A stretch of DNA of 64,000 nt from Candidatus Latescibacterota bacterium (GCA_965248355.1 OZ252098.1:3264001-3328000); one strand, 5' to 3'; shown: positions 50,101-59,521, numbered from the stretch's first letter. Program-made: numbers and translations. Notes: generated from the letters alone by a model not told the origin.

Positions 50101-50360
50101 TCGGCGGCGGTGGAGTTGATCCGGCGGATCCCTTCCAGACCGGTGATGCGCTCCTCGAGGCGCCGGACGACGCCTGTCTCCACGTCCGCGGGGCTGGCGC
50201 CCGGATAGGGGACCTGGATCCGGATCTGGTCGAGGTCGATCTCGGGAAAGGTCTCCTTCTTCATGCGCAGCATGCCCAGCGCCCCGGTGAGCAGGACGAA
50301 GACCATGAGCAGATTCGCGGCCACGTGGTTGCGAGCCATCCAGGCGATGGAGCGGTTCAC
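47151..50360 (-). CDS. RND efflux permease (AcrB family)
   Basis: HVAANLLM, YPGASP, GIVVDDAVVVGENI and RFRPIFLTSATT; GTG start overlaps the MFP stop. Confidence 0.94.
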   Translation of the reverse strand: MNRSIAWMARNHVAANLLMVFVLLTGALGMLRMKKETFPEIDLDQIRIQVPYPGASPADVETGVVRRLEERITGLEGIRRINSTAAEGMAVVTVELELGADMERVIDEVRSTIDRIDTFPVETEKPVIKDLVRRNRVIDVVLYGDVAERALKVAAEGVRDDLRASGRVSQVELLGVRTDEIAIEVSEAALQRHGLTLGGIADAVRRTSLDLPGGSVKGEQGEVLVRTKGLLYDGRDYGDVVVRTRPDGTALTVGQIGRVVDGFEDSDLICRFQGRPAAVVGVYRTGDESSLEISSYVKAYVEGRQGGLPAGIDISYVRDDARLLRSRLDLLLRNAQLGLVLVFVCLSLFLDLRLAFWVMMGIPISFLGSFLLIEPLDVSINMLSLFAFIVALGIVVDDAVVVGENIFSHRERGKGLLQAAVDGTLEVGKPVVFTILTSVAAFLPLAFVEGNMGKFMMVIPAIVISVLLLSLVEALYILPAHLSSRPGLPGRLLGWALAWPLRLQRRTSERVNAGLGWVIGRCYTPLVRRAVRDPLVAIAVGLALMLGTTGFIMGGHIKFVFMPEIDSDWVTIAVEMPQGATAGQTREVVRRIEEGAVRVRDEIDQEDREGPSILRNVFSIVGDQPMMRRSSFGAASGVGGQAHLAEITIELLPSEERRHSSAEIAARVRAAMGPLPGPESVAYQASLFSVGNAIEIQMSAADFDLLLAAVERLKEEIAGYPGTGEIHDSFHEGKLEMRLDLKPRGRVLGLTMADLATQVRHGYHGAEALRLQRGRDDARVVVRYPEAERRTLGDIEGMRVRTPSGAEVPLPYVADVRLDYGYAAIQRSGGRRVVTVTADVDAEMANADEINRDLRERFLPLLMREYPGLRYSYEGEQREQAESFASLGRGFLVALVAIYALLAIPFRSYSQPLVVMGAIPFGIVGAVWGHVLMGLDLAMLSLFGIVALSGVVVNDSLILLSFYNQLREAGRPRDEALVEAGRLRFRPIFLTSATTFFALLPMILEKSLQAQFLIPMAVSLAFGILFATGIILVGVPAGMKLLEMLLERWAGLRESPRQALEPAPGPAAS

Positions 50361-51577
50361 GGCGTCTCCACGCGATCGATCCGCCGCACCGCCATGCCGT
50401 CCGTGACCCCCTTCAACTGCGAGGTGATCACCCGGGCGCCGGACTCGGCGTCGAAGCGCACCAGGGCCTCCTCCCGGCCGACGCGCACCACCTCCACGGG
50501 CTGCAGCCGCAGGCGGCCGTCCACGGCGAGCCACACCACGCCGCCGGCGTGCAGGGCCCGGCGCGGAATGGTGCGCACGTCCTGCAGGGGGCGTCCCTGG
50601 ATCTCCACGTCGACGAACAGACCCGCCATCAGAGGCGCCGTGGCGCCGCTCCACGCGCCGTACGGGTCGTCGACCTCGACGACGAGGTTGACCATGCGGC
50701 TGCGGGGGTCGATCTGCCCCTCGCTGCGAACCACGCGGCCCTTCCAGGTGTGGTCGCTCCCGGCGTAGCGCGCCCTCAGCAGGGCCTGTCCGGGCCCGGT
50801 CGCCCCCCGGGGGAGCTCCGGGGGGGGCGCATCGGCCGCCAGGGCCTGGTGCGGCGACGACGGTGCCGGCGCCGGGATGTCGATCCACGCCAGTTCCTCG
50901 TCGGGAACGGGCACCGGGACCTCCGCCCGCTCGGTGCCGTAGAGCCGCGCCACCGCCCGTCCCGGCGACACGTACTGACCCAGGTCCAGCTCCGTGGAAC
51001 GGACGCGCCCGGCAAAAGGAGCCTGCAGTCGAGTCCGCTCCAGGTGGAGGCGCGCCTCCCGCAGGCGGGCCTGGGCCGCCTTCAACGCCGCCTCTGCCAA
51101 CCTCATCTGCGGGATATGCAGAGCCAGGGAGGACGGCTCCGGGCCGCCGGCTTCGAGCCGCTCCCACTCCTCGCCGGCCACCTCGGCCTCCCCCCGGGCG
51201 ATCTCGAGCTGGTAGCGGGCCCGGGCCACCTCGGCCTCGGTCTGGTCCACGGCGAGCTCGAAGTCCTCCGGGTCGATCCGGGCCAGCACCTGCCCGGCGG
51301 CGAAGAAACCGCCCGCCTCCATCTGGTCCGAGATCCACACGATGCGGCCCCCCACCTGGGGCACCAGGTCGATCTCGCGGTCGGGGCGGACCGTCCCCTG
51401 GGCCCGCACGAGGACGCGGACCGGACCCGGCGCGGCCTGGACGGTCTCCACCAGGGGATCCTGGACGACCGGCGCCATCCGCGGCGGCTGCGGGCGCAGG
51501 CTCGTGAGCAGCAGGAAGGCGGCCACGCCCGCGGCGAGGATCGCCACCGGCAGGAGGAATCGCATGGACCTACTCAT
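50357..51577 (-). CDS. RND periplasmic adaptor (membrane fusion protein)
   Basis: N-terminal anchor; PQVGGRI, APFAGRV, IDPRSR and GLFVDVEI. Confidence 0.92.
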   Translation of the reverse strand: MSRSMRFLLPVAILAAGVAAFLLLTSLRPQPPRMAPVVQDPLVETVQAAPGPVRVLVRAQGTVRPDREIDLVPQVGGRIVWISDQMEAGGFFAAGQVLARIDPEDFELAVDQTEAEVARARYQLEIARGEAEVAGEEWERLEAGGPEPSSLALHIPQMRLAEAALKAAQARLREARLHLERTRLQAPFAGRVRSTELDLGQYVSPGRAVARLYGTERAEVPVPVPDEELAWIDIPAPAPSSPHQALAADAPPPELPRGATGPGQALLRARYAGSDHTWKGRVVRSEGQIDPRSRMVNLVVEVDDPYGAWSGATAPLMAGLFVDVEIQGRPLQDVRTIPRRALHAGGVVWLAVDGRLRLQPVEVVRVGREEALVRFDAESGARVITSQLKGVTDGMAVRRIDRVETP

Positions 51578-53114
51578 GGGTCTGGGACCGGCTCACCGGA
51601 TTTGTGAAGCCGCCGCCGAGAGCGACATGCAGATCGACGCGGGCGTCGACGCGCTGGCGACGGGTCGTGAGCAGCTGACTGCGCGCTTCGTACGACCGCC
51701 GCTGGGCGTCGAGAAGGGTGATGAGACCGACGAGTCCCCGGCGGTAGCGGTCGGCGGCCAGGGATTCGGCCGCCGAAGCCTGACGAGCCGTCTCGACAAG
51801 GGCCGCCTCCCGGTCGGCCAGGGCAGCCTCGGCCGCCAGGGCGCTCTCCACCTCGGCGAAGGCGCTCAGCACGAGGCCGGCATAGGCGGCTACCAGGGCC
51901 TCCCGGTCGGCCTCGGCGGCTTCCACCTGGGCCCGCAGGCGCCCCCCCTGGAACAGGGGCATCGTGAGATTGGCCACCAGGCTCCAGACGGAGAAGTCGC
52001 CATCGAGCAGGTCGGCCAGTTCCTCGCTCGAGCGGCCGCCGCCGCCGGTCAGCCGGATGCCGGGCAGCAGCGCCCGGCGCGCGGAGGAGAGGCGCTGACC
52101 GGCCGCCGTCAGCCGGCGCTCGGCAGCGGCCAGGTCCGGCCGCCGGCGGATCAGCTCGGCCGGCAGGCCCGCCGGCACGCGGCCGGTCACCGAGGGGGGC
52201 GCCTCGGCGACGGCGAGCTCGGCCGCCGGGTAGCGCCCGAGGAGCACCTCGAGCTGGCGGGTGGCGCCGTCGAGCTGCAGACGGCGCAGGGCGAGGTTGG
52301 CGCGGGCCCCGGCGGCCTCCGAGCGCGCCAGCCGCAGGTCGAGGGAGGTCCGCAGGCCCCGGGTGTACCTGCCTTCGATGCTCTCGCTCACCTCCTGGCG
52401 GTTGCCGGCCGTGGCCTCGGCCAGGTGAGCCTGGAGCCCCGCCTCGGCGGCCGCCGCGTAGGCTCGCACGATCAGGGATTCGAGGGACAGGCGGGCCCCG
52501 GACAGGTCGAACCGCGTGGCCTGGGCCTCGGCCAGCGCCGCCGCCTGGTCGGCTCGCAGCCGTCCCCACAGATCGGCCTCCCAACTGGCGGTGAAGGCGG
52601 CGTCGAAGGTGTTGGTGGTCACCGCGGGCAGCTCGACCGCCCCGCCGAAGTCGGGGAAACCGAGGAAGTTGCGGCGCGAGCGTCTGCTCTCGCCATCGGC
52701 GCTCGCCCGGGGCCAGCGTCCGGCTCCCGACATGCGCGCCTGGGCCACGGCGCGCTCCACCCGGGCCGCGGACGCCGCCAGGTCGTGGTTGTGCGCCAGA
52801 CCTTCGGCGATCAGGGCGCCGAGGTAGGGGTCGTCGAGATCGCTCCACCATGGCTCGAGCAGGGAATCGGCGCCTGCAGCCGTGGATGCGCCCGCGGTCC
52901 AGGCCGGGGGCGCGGCTGCCACGGGCATTCCCGGATCGAAGGGCGGCGCCGAGGCGCAGGCAGCGGTGAGCGCCATGGAAGCGGCGGCAAGGGTTCGGCC
53001 CCAGGCCGCCGTTGGTCCCCCCGAGCGGCCACGGGATCGGCGCAGCGGGGGCCGGTAGTTCGGGCTGAGGCCGTCGGCTCCGGCGGCGGAGTCGGCCGCC
53101 AGGCCAGATCCCAT
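51570..53114 (-). CDS. Outer-membrane efflux lipoprotein (NodT/TolC family)
   Basis: LTAAC lipobox, WWSDLDDP, SWEADLWGR, RRPDLAAAE and LHVALGGG; start uncertain. Confidence 0.92.
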   Translation of the reverse strand: MGSGLAADSAAGADGLSPNYRPPLRRSRGRSGGPTAAWGRTLAAASMALTAACASAPPFDPGMPVAAAPPAWTAGASTAAGADSLLEPWWSDLDDPYLGALIAEGLAHNHDLAASAARVERAVAQARMSGAGRWPRASADGESRRSRRNFLGFPDFGGAVELPAVTTNTFDAAFTASWEADLWGRLRADQAAALAEAQATRFDLSGARLSLESLIVRAYAAAAEAGLQAHLAEATAGNRQEVSESIEGRYTRGLRTSLDLRLARSEAAGARANLALRRLQLDGATRQLEVLLGRYPAAELAVAEAPPSVTGRVPAGLPAELIRRRPDLAAAERRLTAAGQRLSSARRALLPGIRLTGGGGRSSEELADLLDGDFSVWSLVANLTMPLFQGGRLRAQVEAAEADREALVAAYAGLVLSAFAEVESALAAEAALADREAALVETARQASAAESLAADRYRRGLVGLITLLDAQRRSYEARSQLLTTRRQRVDARVDLHVALGGGFTNPVSRSQTHE

Positions 53115-53122
53115 GAGGGTGA

Positions 53123-54136
53123 TCACCTCAGCCGCTTTCCGTACTGGCGGAGATAGTAGGCCCTGTAGTCCTCCCGGTTCCGGATCTCCCGCCACCACGA
53201 ATCGTGATCGACGTACCACCGCACGGTGCGGTCCATGGCTTCCTCGACGTCGATGGCCGGTGCCCAGCCGAGCCGCCGGATCTTGCTCGAGTCAAGGGCG
53301 TATCGCAGGTCGTGGCCGGCGCGGTCCTCGACGAACTGCAGCAGGCTCTCCGGCTTGCCCAACCGCTGGAGGATGGCCCGGGCCACCTGGATGCCGGTGG
53401 CCTCGTTCTCGCCGCCCACGTTGTAGACCTGGCCCGGCTCGCCGTGATGCAGCACCAGATCGATGGCCGCGCAGTGATCTTCCACATAGAGATGGTCGCG
53501 CACCTGCAGCCCGTTGCCGTAGACCGGCAGGGACAGGTCGTCCATGGCGTTGGTGATGAAGAGAGGCACCCGTTTCTCGGGATACTGGTAGGGCCCGATG
53601 GTGTTCGACGCCCGGGTGATCAGGGCTGGCACGCCGTGACTGACGTGAAAGGCGCGCACCAGCAGATCGGCGCTGGCCTTGGTCGCCGAGTACGGGTTCC
53701 GCGGCTGCAGGGGCCGGCCTTCGTCCCAGGCCCCCTCCTCGATGCTGCCGTAGACCTCGTCGGTGCTCACCTGGTGGTAGCGCTCGACCCCGTGCCGGCG
53801 GGCGGCCTCGAGGAGCACGTAGGTGCCCTGGACGTTGGTGTGCAGGAAATCGGCGCCGCCCAGGATGCTCCGGTCCACGTGGCTCTCGGCGGCGAGGTTG
53901 ACGACCCAGTCGGCCTGCGCCACCAGCGGATCCACCACACCGGCGTCGCAGATGTCGCCGTGGACGAACCGGTAGCGCTCGTCCGCCTGGAGCCCGTCCA
54001 GATTGGCCGGATTCCCCGCGTAGGTCAGCTTGTCGAGATTGACGACCCGGTAGTCGGGATGCTCGCGCAACACCCGGCGCACGAAGTTGGCGCCGATGAA
54101 GCCGCAGCCGCCCGTGACCAGCAGAGACCGGGCCAT
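53123..54136 (-). CDS. rfbB: dTDP-glucose 4,6-dehydratase
   Basis: VTGGCGFIG, DKLTYAGN, AAESHVDRSI, STDEVYG, YSATKAS and DRAGHDLRY. Confidence 0.95.
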   Translation of the reverse strand: MARSLLVTGGCGFIGANFVRRVLREHPDYRVVNLDKLTYAGNPANLDGLQADERYRFVHGDICDAGVVDPLVAQADWVVNLAAESHVDRSILGGADFLHTNVQGTYVLLEAARRHGVERYHQVSTDEVYGSIEEGAWDEGRPLQPRNPYSATKASADLLVRAFHVSHGVPALITRASNTIGPYQYPEKRVPLFITNAMDDLSLPVYGNGLQVRDHLYVEDHCAAIDLVLHHGEPGQVYNVGGENEATGIQVARAILQRLGKPESLLQFVEDRAGHDLRYALDSSKIRRLGWAPAIDVEEAMDRTVRWYVDHDSWWREIRNREDYRAYYLRQYGKRLR

Positions 54137-55509
54137 CAGCCGGCCGGAGCCAGACGGCCGGGAAGGATCCAGTCGCCGGCGGCGGGGGCCGTCTCTCCGG
54201 GGCTGCGCCGCGGACGGCCGACGCTGACGTAGTCGAAGCCGAGGTCGGCCATCTCCTGGGGGTCGTACAGGTTGCGGCAGTCCAGAAGCCTCGGTGCGCC
54301 GAGACTCGCCCGGATGCGCGGCAGATCGATGTTGCGGAACTCGTTCCACTCCGTCATCAGCACCAGCGCATCGGCGGCGGCGGCGGCGGCATAGGGATCG
54401 TCGAAGCATCCGAGATCCGGGAGCAGGGCCCTGGCGTGGTCCATGGCGGCCGGATCGTAGGCCTGCACGGAGGCGCCCTCCCGCAGCAGGGCCTCGGCCA
54501 TCTCGATGGCGGGCGCCTCGCGGATGTCGTCCGTGTCGGGCTTGAAGGACAGCCCCAGCAGGCAGACGGTGCGGCCCTCGAACCCGCCCAGCAGGTCGCG
54601 CAGCTTGTCGATCATCCGCCGGCGCTGAGTCGAGTTGCTCCGGTCGATGGCCTGCAGCACGGGCGCCTCCACGCCCTTCTCGCGGGCCGTCGCGGCCAGG
54701 CCCTGAACGTCCTTCGGGAAGCAGCTGCCTCCGTAGCCGGCGCCGGCGCCGAGGTTGCGAGGTCCGATGCGCTCGTCGAGGCCCATGCCGCGAGCCACGG
54801 CGGTCACGTCGGCATCGGTGGCCTCACAGAGGCTGGCCATCTCGTTGATGAAGGAGATCTTGGCCGCCAGCAGCGCGTTCGAGGCGTACTTGATCATCTC
54901 CGCGCTCTGCACGTCGGTGAGGACCATCGGCACGTCGCGCTGGTAGAGGGGCCGGTAGAGGTCGATGACGGCCTCCATGGCGCGGCGGCTGGAGGCGCCG
55001 ATGACGACCCGGTCGGGATGCAGGAAGTCGTCGATGGCCGACCCCTCCCGCAGGAACTCGGGGTTCGAGACGACGTCCACATCGGCATCGCTCCGCTCGG
55101 CGGCGACGATGGACTCCACCTCGCCGCCGGTGCCCACGGGGACCGTGGACTTGTTGACGACGATCTTGTAGTCCTCCGCGTAGCGCCCGATGGAGCGCGC
55201 TGCCTGATGGACGTACGACATGTCCACGTCGCCGGACGGCAGGGAGGGGGTGCCGACGCAGATGAAGACGATCTCCGAGGACTTGACGGCGAAGGCGACG
55301 TCGGCGGAGAACGACAGCCGGCCGCGTTCCCGGTTGCGACCCACGAGCTCTTCGAGTCCCGGCTCGTAGATCGGCAGATGGCCCGAGCGCAGCCGATCGA
55401 TGCGGTCCTCGTCGATGTCGACACAGAGAACCGCGTTGCCGAAGTCGGCCAGGCAGGCGCTGGTGACCAGACCCACGTAGCCGCTGCCCATGGTGCAGAT
55501 ACGTCTCAC
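54136..55509 (-). CDS. ugd: UDP-glucose 6-dehydrogenase
   Basis: GSGYVGL, KSTVPVGT, NPEFLREG, GYGGSCFPKD and FKPDTDDIRE. Confidence 0.95.
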   Translation of the reverse strand: MRRICTMGSGYVGLVTSACLADFGNAVLCVDIDEDRIDRLRSGHLPIYEPGLEELVGRNRERGRLSFSADVAFAVKSSEIVFICVGTPSLPSGDVDMSYVHQAARSIGRYAEDYKIVVNKSTVPVGTGGEVESIVAAERSDADVDVVSNPEFLREGSAIDDFLHPDRVVIGASSRRAMEAVIDLYRPLYQRDVPMVLTDVQSAEMIKYASNALLAAKISFINEMASLCEATDADVTAVARGMGLDERIGPRNLGAGAGYGGSCFPKDVQGLAATAREKGVEAPVLQAIDRSNSTQRRRMIDKLRDLLGGFEGRTVCLLGLSFKPDTDDIREAPAIEMAEALLREGASVQAYDPAAMDHARALLPDLGCFDDPYAAAAAADALVLMTEWNEFRNIDLPRIRASLGAPRLLDCRNLYDPQEMADLGFDYVSVGRPRRSPGETAPAAGDWILPGRLAPAG

Positions 55510-55570
55510 GAGAAGTCCCTTCCCGGGAGGTCAGGACCCTTGGGAAGCAAGAATCCGGCGCTCGCGGGTG

Positions 55571-56332
55571 TCAACCGAGAAAGCGGATCCAGTTGCGCTC
55601 CAGGCGGTCGCCGAGATCCTCGATGTCGACGCCCTTGAGCCGGACGAGTTCCTCCGCCACCGCCCGCACGCCGCGCGGGTGGCCGGCCACGCCCCCCACC
55701 GGCACCGGGGCGTCGGTCTCGAGCAGCAGCAGGTCGTCGTCGATCTCGCAGGCCACCGCGGCGGCCCCCGGGTCCGAGACCACGGCGGGGCCCACCGAGA
55801 CGAACAGCCCTTCTTCGTTGCAGATGCGAACGAGCTTCTTCGACTGAGTGAACCAGTGCAGCTGGGCGTTCAGGCCCGTCTCTCGATGGAAAGCGGCGGC
55901 GGCTTCCATCACCTGCCGCGGGCAGCGGCGGGAGTGCAGATTGACGGGCTTGCGGTGACGTGCGGCCAGCTCGAAGTGGCGCTCCAGGGCCCGGGCCTGC
56001 TCGGCCTGCTGATCGGGGGTGGCCGCCCACTTGTGGTCCAGTCCCGTCTCGCCCACGACGACGGCCTCCGCCAGACGGGCGGCGAGCAGCTCCAGGTCGG
56101 GCTCGACCCCCGCCAGACCTCGCCGGGTCACGGTCACGGGGTGCACGCCCAGACCCGGGAGAACGCGCCCGGGGAAGCGGGCGGCCAGAGCCAGCACGGT
56201 GGCCATCGAGCCGGCGTCCTCGGAGACGGCGACGAGTCGCCCGACGCCGGCGGAGGCCGCCGCCTCGAGCACGGGCTCTGGAGGGCCGAGCTGGTCGAGG
56301 TGGCAGTGGCTGTCGGTCAGCGCCGGGGCCAC
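55571..56332 (-). CDS. tatD: TatD family hydrolase
   Basis: DSHCHL, GVHP, GETGLD, LHSR, HWF and ETDAP. Confidence 0.9.
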   Translation of the reverse strand: MAPALTDSHCHLDQLGPPEPVLEAAASAGVGRLVAVSEDAGSMATVLALAARFPGRVLPGLGVHPVTVTRRGLAGVEPDLELLAARLAEAVVVGETGLDHKWAATPDQQAEQARALERHFELAARHRKPVNLHSRRCPRQVMEAAAAFHRETGLNAQLHWFTQSKKLVRICNEEGLFVSVGPAVVSDPGAAAVACEIDDDLLLLETDAPVPVGGVAGHPRGVRAVAEELVRLKGVDIEDLGDRLERNWIRFLG

Positions 56333-56337
56333 GGATG

Positions 56338-57312
56338 CTAGACCGTCAGCCCCGTGGTCTCGTCCACGTCCAGCATCAGGTTCAGGCATTGGACGGCGTT
56401 GCCGGAGGCCCCCTTGCCGAGGTTGTCCTCCCTCCCCACCAGCACGAGGCCGACCTCCGGACGGCCGAAGACGAACAGGTCGAGCCGGTTGGTGAGATTG
56501 GCGCCGCCGAGATCGAGGAAGCGGCCGTCCCGCAGATGGTCCCGCGCCTCGGCGGGATCGACGGCCCGAACGAAGGGTTCGCCGGCGTAGCGGGCCGACC
56601 ACAGGTCGAAGACCTGCTCCGCCGTCGTGCCCGGCCGGCGCCAGGCCGCGGCGGGAATGGGCGTGCTGGTGAGCATGCCGCAATAGCTGTGGTCCACGGA
56701 GGGCACGAACAGGGGGGGCTGCCGGCTCAGGCTGAAGCGCTGCATCTCGGCCAGGTGCTTGTGGTCGCCGTCGAGGCCGTACAGGGCGAGGGGAAGGCCG
56801 GCCTCGCCGCCGACGCCGGTGTGGGCCCGGTACTCCTCGATCATCCGCCGGCCGCCGCCGGAGTAGCCGGAGACGGCGTTGACGGTCAGCGGCGTGCCGG
56901 CGTCGAGCAGACCCGCCTCGATCAGGGGGCGCACGGCCAGGATGAACCCCACGGGGTAGCATCCGCAGTTGGCCACCCGGGGCGCAGTGCGGATCGCCTC
57001 GCGCTGCTCCGGTGACAGCTCGGGAAGGCCGTAGACCCAGCCGGGATCCACTCGCCGGGCGGTGCTGGTATCGATGACGCGGGTCCCGGCCTCGGGAGCC
57101 AGCAGCTCCAGCGCCTCCGCGGCGGCGGCGTCCGGCAGGCAGAGGATCGCCAGGTCAGCCTCGTTCAGAAGCCGGCGCCTCGCCTCCAGGTCCTTGCGCT
57201 CCGCGTCGGGGATCCGGCGCACGTCGAGATCGGCGCGTCCGGCCAGCAGGTTCCGGATCCGCAGTCCGGTCGTACCTTCCTGGCCGTCGATGTAGATGGT
57301 GGAGCGGCTCAC
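56338..57312 (-). CDS. argC: N-acetyl-gamma-glutamyl-phosphate reductase (type 2)
   Basis: IDGQEGTTGL, ANCGCYP, VSGYSGGG and DNLGKGASGNAVQ. Confidence 0.94.
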   Translation of the reverse strand: MSRSTIYIDGQEGTTGLRIRNLLAGRADLDVRRIPDAERKDLEARRRLLNEADLAILCLPDAAAAEALELLAPEAGTRVIDTSTARRVDPGWVYGLPELSPEQREAIRTAPRVANCGCYPVGFILAVRPLIEAGLLDAGTPLTVNAVSGYSGGGRRMIEEYRAHTGVGGEAGLPLALYGLDGDHKHLAEMQRFSLSRQPPLFVPSVDHSYCGMLTSTPIPAAAWRRPGTTAEQVFDLWSARYAGEPFVRAVDPAEARDHLRDGRFLDLGGANLTNRLDLFVFGRPEVGLVLVGREDNLGKGASGNAVQCLNLMLDVDETTGLTV

Positions 57313-57324
57313 GGGCAGGCTCTG

Positions 57325-57342
57325 AACGAATAAATATTCGAA
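57325..57342. promoter_or_regulatory. Putative ARG box (ArgR operator)
   Basis: AACGAATAAATATTCGAA with dyad CGAAT-N4-ATTCG, 13 bp upstream of the argC start. Confidence 0.6.
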
Positions 57343-57364
57343 AAAACCTGATAAATTCTAATCC

Positions 57365-58354
57365 GTGGACCCCTGTGAGTCAACCGCCGCAACCGCGGGA
57401 TGGAGCCGCCGCCGCAACGGCGGATGGGTGTACGAGGACGTCGTGGACGCGGAGGCGTCCGGGTGGCGGGCGGTCGATTTCTACGCCCGGCGCTATCCGC
57501 ACTCCTCCGAGGCGCAGTGGCGCCGGCGGCTGCGGGAGGGAAGGATTCGCGGCGCCCACGGCCCCGTGGACGCCGACGAACGGCTGCGGCCGGGGCAGCG
57601 GCTGGAATACCACCGGCCGCCGTGGACGGAGCCGCCGGCGCCCCGCCGCTTCGCCGTGGTCTGGGACGACGGCGACCTGCTGGCCGTGGCCAAGCCGCGG
57701 GGATTGCAGGTCCTGCCGGCGGCGGAGTTCCTCGAGAACACCCTGCTCCACGTGGTCCGCGAGCGGCTCGGCGGGAGCCCGGCCCCCGCCCACCGGCTGG
57801 GCCGCGGCACCTCGGGGATCGTGCTCTTCGCGCGCTCGCCCGCAGCCCGGCGGGGGCTGGCGTCCGCCTTCGAGAACCGCCGCGTCAAGAAGCTCTACCG
57901 CGCCCTGGCCCAGGGGATCGGCATGGAGGACCGTTTCACCGTGGAAGCACCCATCGGACCCGTCCCCTATGGGAGTCCGGTCCAGGTCTTCGCCGCCCGC
58001 CCGGACGGACGGCCGGCGCTCTCCCACGTCCGGGTGGTGGAACGGCGTCCCTCCGACGGCGTCACTCTTGTGGAAGTGGAGATCCCCACGGGCCGGCCCC
58101 ACCAGATCCGCATCCATCTGGCGGCGGCCGGGTTCCCGCTGGTGGGGGAGCCGCTGTACGCCGCCGGCGGCAGCCCCCGGAAAACGCAGGGCGGGCAGGA
58201 GCCGCCTCGCCCCGGAGATACGGGCTACGCCCTGCACGCCGTGCAGGTCACCTGCAGCCATCCGACAAACCATGCGAGGATCAGTCTGTACGATCGGCCG
58301 CCCGCGGACCTGCTGGGCGCCGACGAGCGGCTCCGCCGGCCGCCGGGAGGGTGA
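57365..58354 (+). CDS. RluA-family pseudouridine synthase homolog with HRLG instead of HRLD
   Basis: KPRGL, HRLGRGTSG, TGRPHQIRIHLA, PLVGEPLY and LHA. Confidence 0.88.
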   Translation: MDPCESTAATAGWSRRRNGGWVYEDVVDAEASGWRAVDFYARRYPHSSEAQWRRRLREGRIRGAHGPVDADERLRPGQRLEYHRPPWTEPPAPRRFAVVWDDGDLLAVAKPRGLQVLPAAEFLENTLLHVVRERLGGSPAPAHRLGRGTSGIVLFARSPAARRGLASAFENRRVKKLYRALAQGIGMEDRFTVEAPIGPVPYGSPVQVFAARPDGRPALSHVRVVERRPSDGVTLVEVEIPTGRPHQIRIHLAAAGFPLVGEPLYAAGGSPRKTQGGQEPPRPGDTGYALHAVQVTCSHPTNHARISLYDRPPADLLGADERLRRPPGG

Positions 58355-58373
58355 CCGGCCGCGCCGGGACCCC

Positions 58374-59252
58374 CTACCCCCAGCTCTCCCGCTTGATCCG
58401 CCGCTCCTCGATCCCCGCCTCGGCCAGCAGGGCCATCATGTGCTCGACGAACTTCGGCTCCGGCTCCTCGCCGCGGCCCCGGGCCTCCTTGCGCTCCCAG
58501 GGCAGCACCCCGGGACCGCAGCAGTAGACCATGGAGTCGGCCGGATCGAGGTAGCGCTCGATCAGACCGCGGTCGATCCGGCCCCGCCGTCCCTGGGGCT
58601 CCACGCCGGCCGGGTCCTCCCGGGTTATGCAGTGGAGGACCTCGAAGTGGTCGGGATGCCGGGCCGCGAGGCGGGCGAAGTCGTCGTAGTAGATGATGTC
58701 GCCCTTGGTCTTGCTGCTGTAGAGCAGGACGTGGCGCAGGCCGTCGCCGGCGTGGAGGGAATGCTTGATGAGGGCGAAGTTGGGGACGATCCCGGAGCCG
58801 GCGCAGATATGGAGGATCCGCTTTGGGCCCTCCTCCGCTCCGGCCAGGGTGTACGGCCCGGTGAACCCGCGAATCACCAGCTTCGTTCCCGCGGGACAGT
58901 GCCGGGTCAGCGGCGGGGACAGGACGGGAGGGTACTTCGACTCCCCCGCCCAGTAGGTCTCCTCCTTGATCGTGATCAGGAGGTGCTCCTCGTGGGGAGC
59001 CGATCCCATGGAGTAGGCCCGCGGCTTCTCCCGGGCGCTCTTGATCTCCTCCAGGTAGGCGATGGTCTGCTGAAGGAACCCGAACTGGTGGGGGTCGATG
59101 GTGATGAATTGTCCGGCCTCGTAGTCGCGCGGCTCCTCGCCGATGTCGAGAAACAGGCTCGCCGTGTCGTGGGTCTCCTGCCGGACCTCGGCGACCACGG
59201 CCTCCACTTCCCGCACCTTGCGGCGCGGCCTGCGTGGCGCCGGGCCGGTCAA
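58374..59252 (-). CDS. FNR-like FAD/NAD(P)-binding oxidoreductase
   Basis: YEAGQF, RAYS, AGSGIVP, YCCGP and C-terminal RESWG. Confidence 0.85.
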   Translation of the reverse strand: MTGPAPRRPRRKVREVEAVVAEVRQETHDTASLFLDIGEEPRDYEAGQFITIDPHQFGFLQQTIAYLEEIKSAREKPRAYSMGSAPHEEHLLITIKEETYWAGESKYPPVLSPPLTRHCPAGTKLVIRGFTGPYTLAGAEEGPKRILHICAGSGIVPNFALIKHSLHAGDGLRHVLLYSSKTKGDIIYYDDFARLAARHPDHFEVLHCITREDPAGVEPQGRRGRIDRGLIERYLDPADSMVYCCGPGVLPWERKEARGRGEEPEPKFVEHMMALLAEAGIEERRIKRESWG

Positions 59253-59521
59253 TCCAGCCCCTTCTCCCGCAGGTGGGCCTTCATCCGCTCGATGACGCCG
59301 TCGTCGTCGTCGCACTCCGCTACCAGCCGGGTGAACTCCTCGGCCGACATCCGCACCTGCTCGAGAAAGCGCTGGTCCGCCGGACAGGGGTAGATGTAGG
59401 CGCCGATACGGCCCTGGTCGGTGGCCCGCGCCTTGTCCGTGATCCGCGCCAGCCAGGGGATGTCGCCCATGATCAGGCCTCGGGCCCGGGGCTTGAAGTC
59501 GAAGGAATCGCTATCGCTCAC
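59249..59521 (-). CDS. DUF5069-like small protein
   Basis: PWLARITDKARA...IGAYIYPCPADQRFL. Confidence 0.7.
   Translation of the reverse strand: MSDSDSFDFKPRARGLIMGDIPWLARITDKARATDQGRIGAYIYPCPADQRFLEQVRMSAEEFTRLVAECDDDDGVIERMKAHLREKGLD

Noticed and set aside
16562..50768. Very long opposite-strand ORFs (16562..19906, 21403..24783, 36900..40469, 42258..46835, 46965..50768)
   Set aside because: These are antisense shadows of ileS, secDF, dnaE, the Mo-enzyme genes and the RND permease. They are expected in high-GC DNA and carry no motifs.
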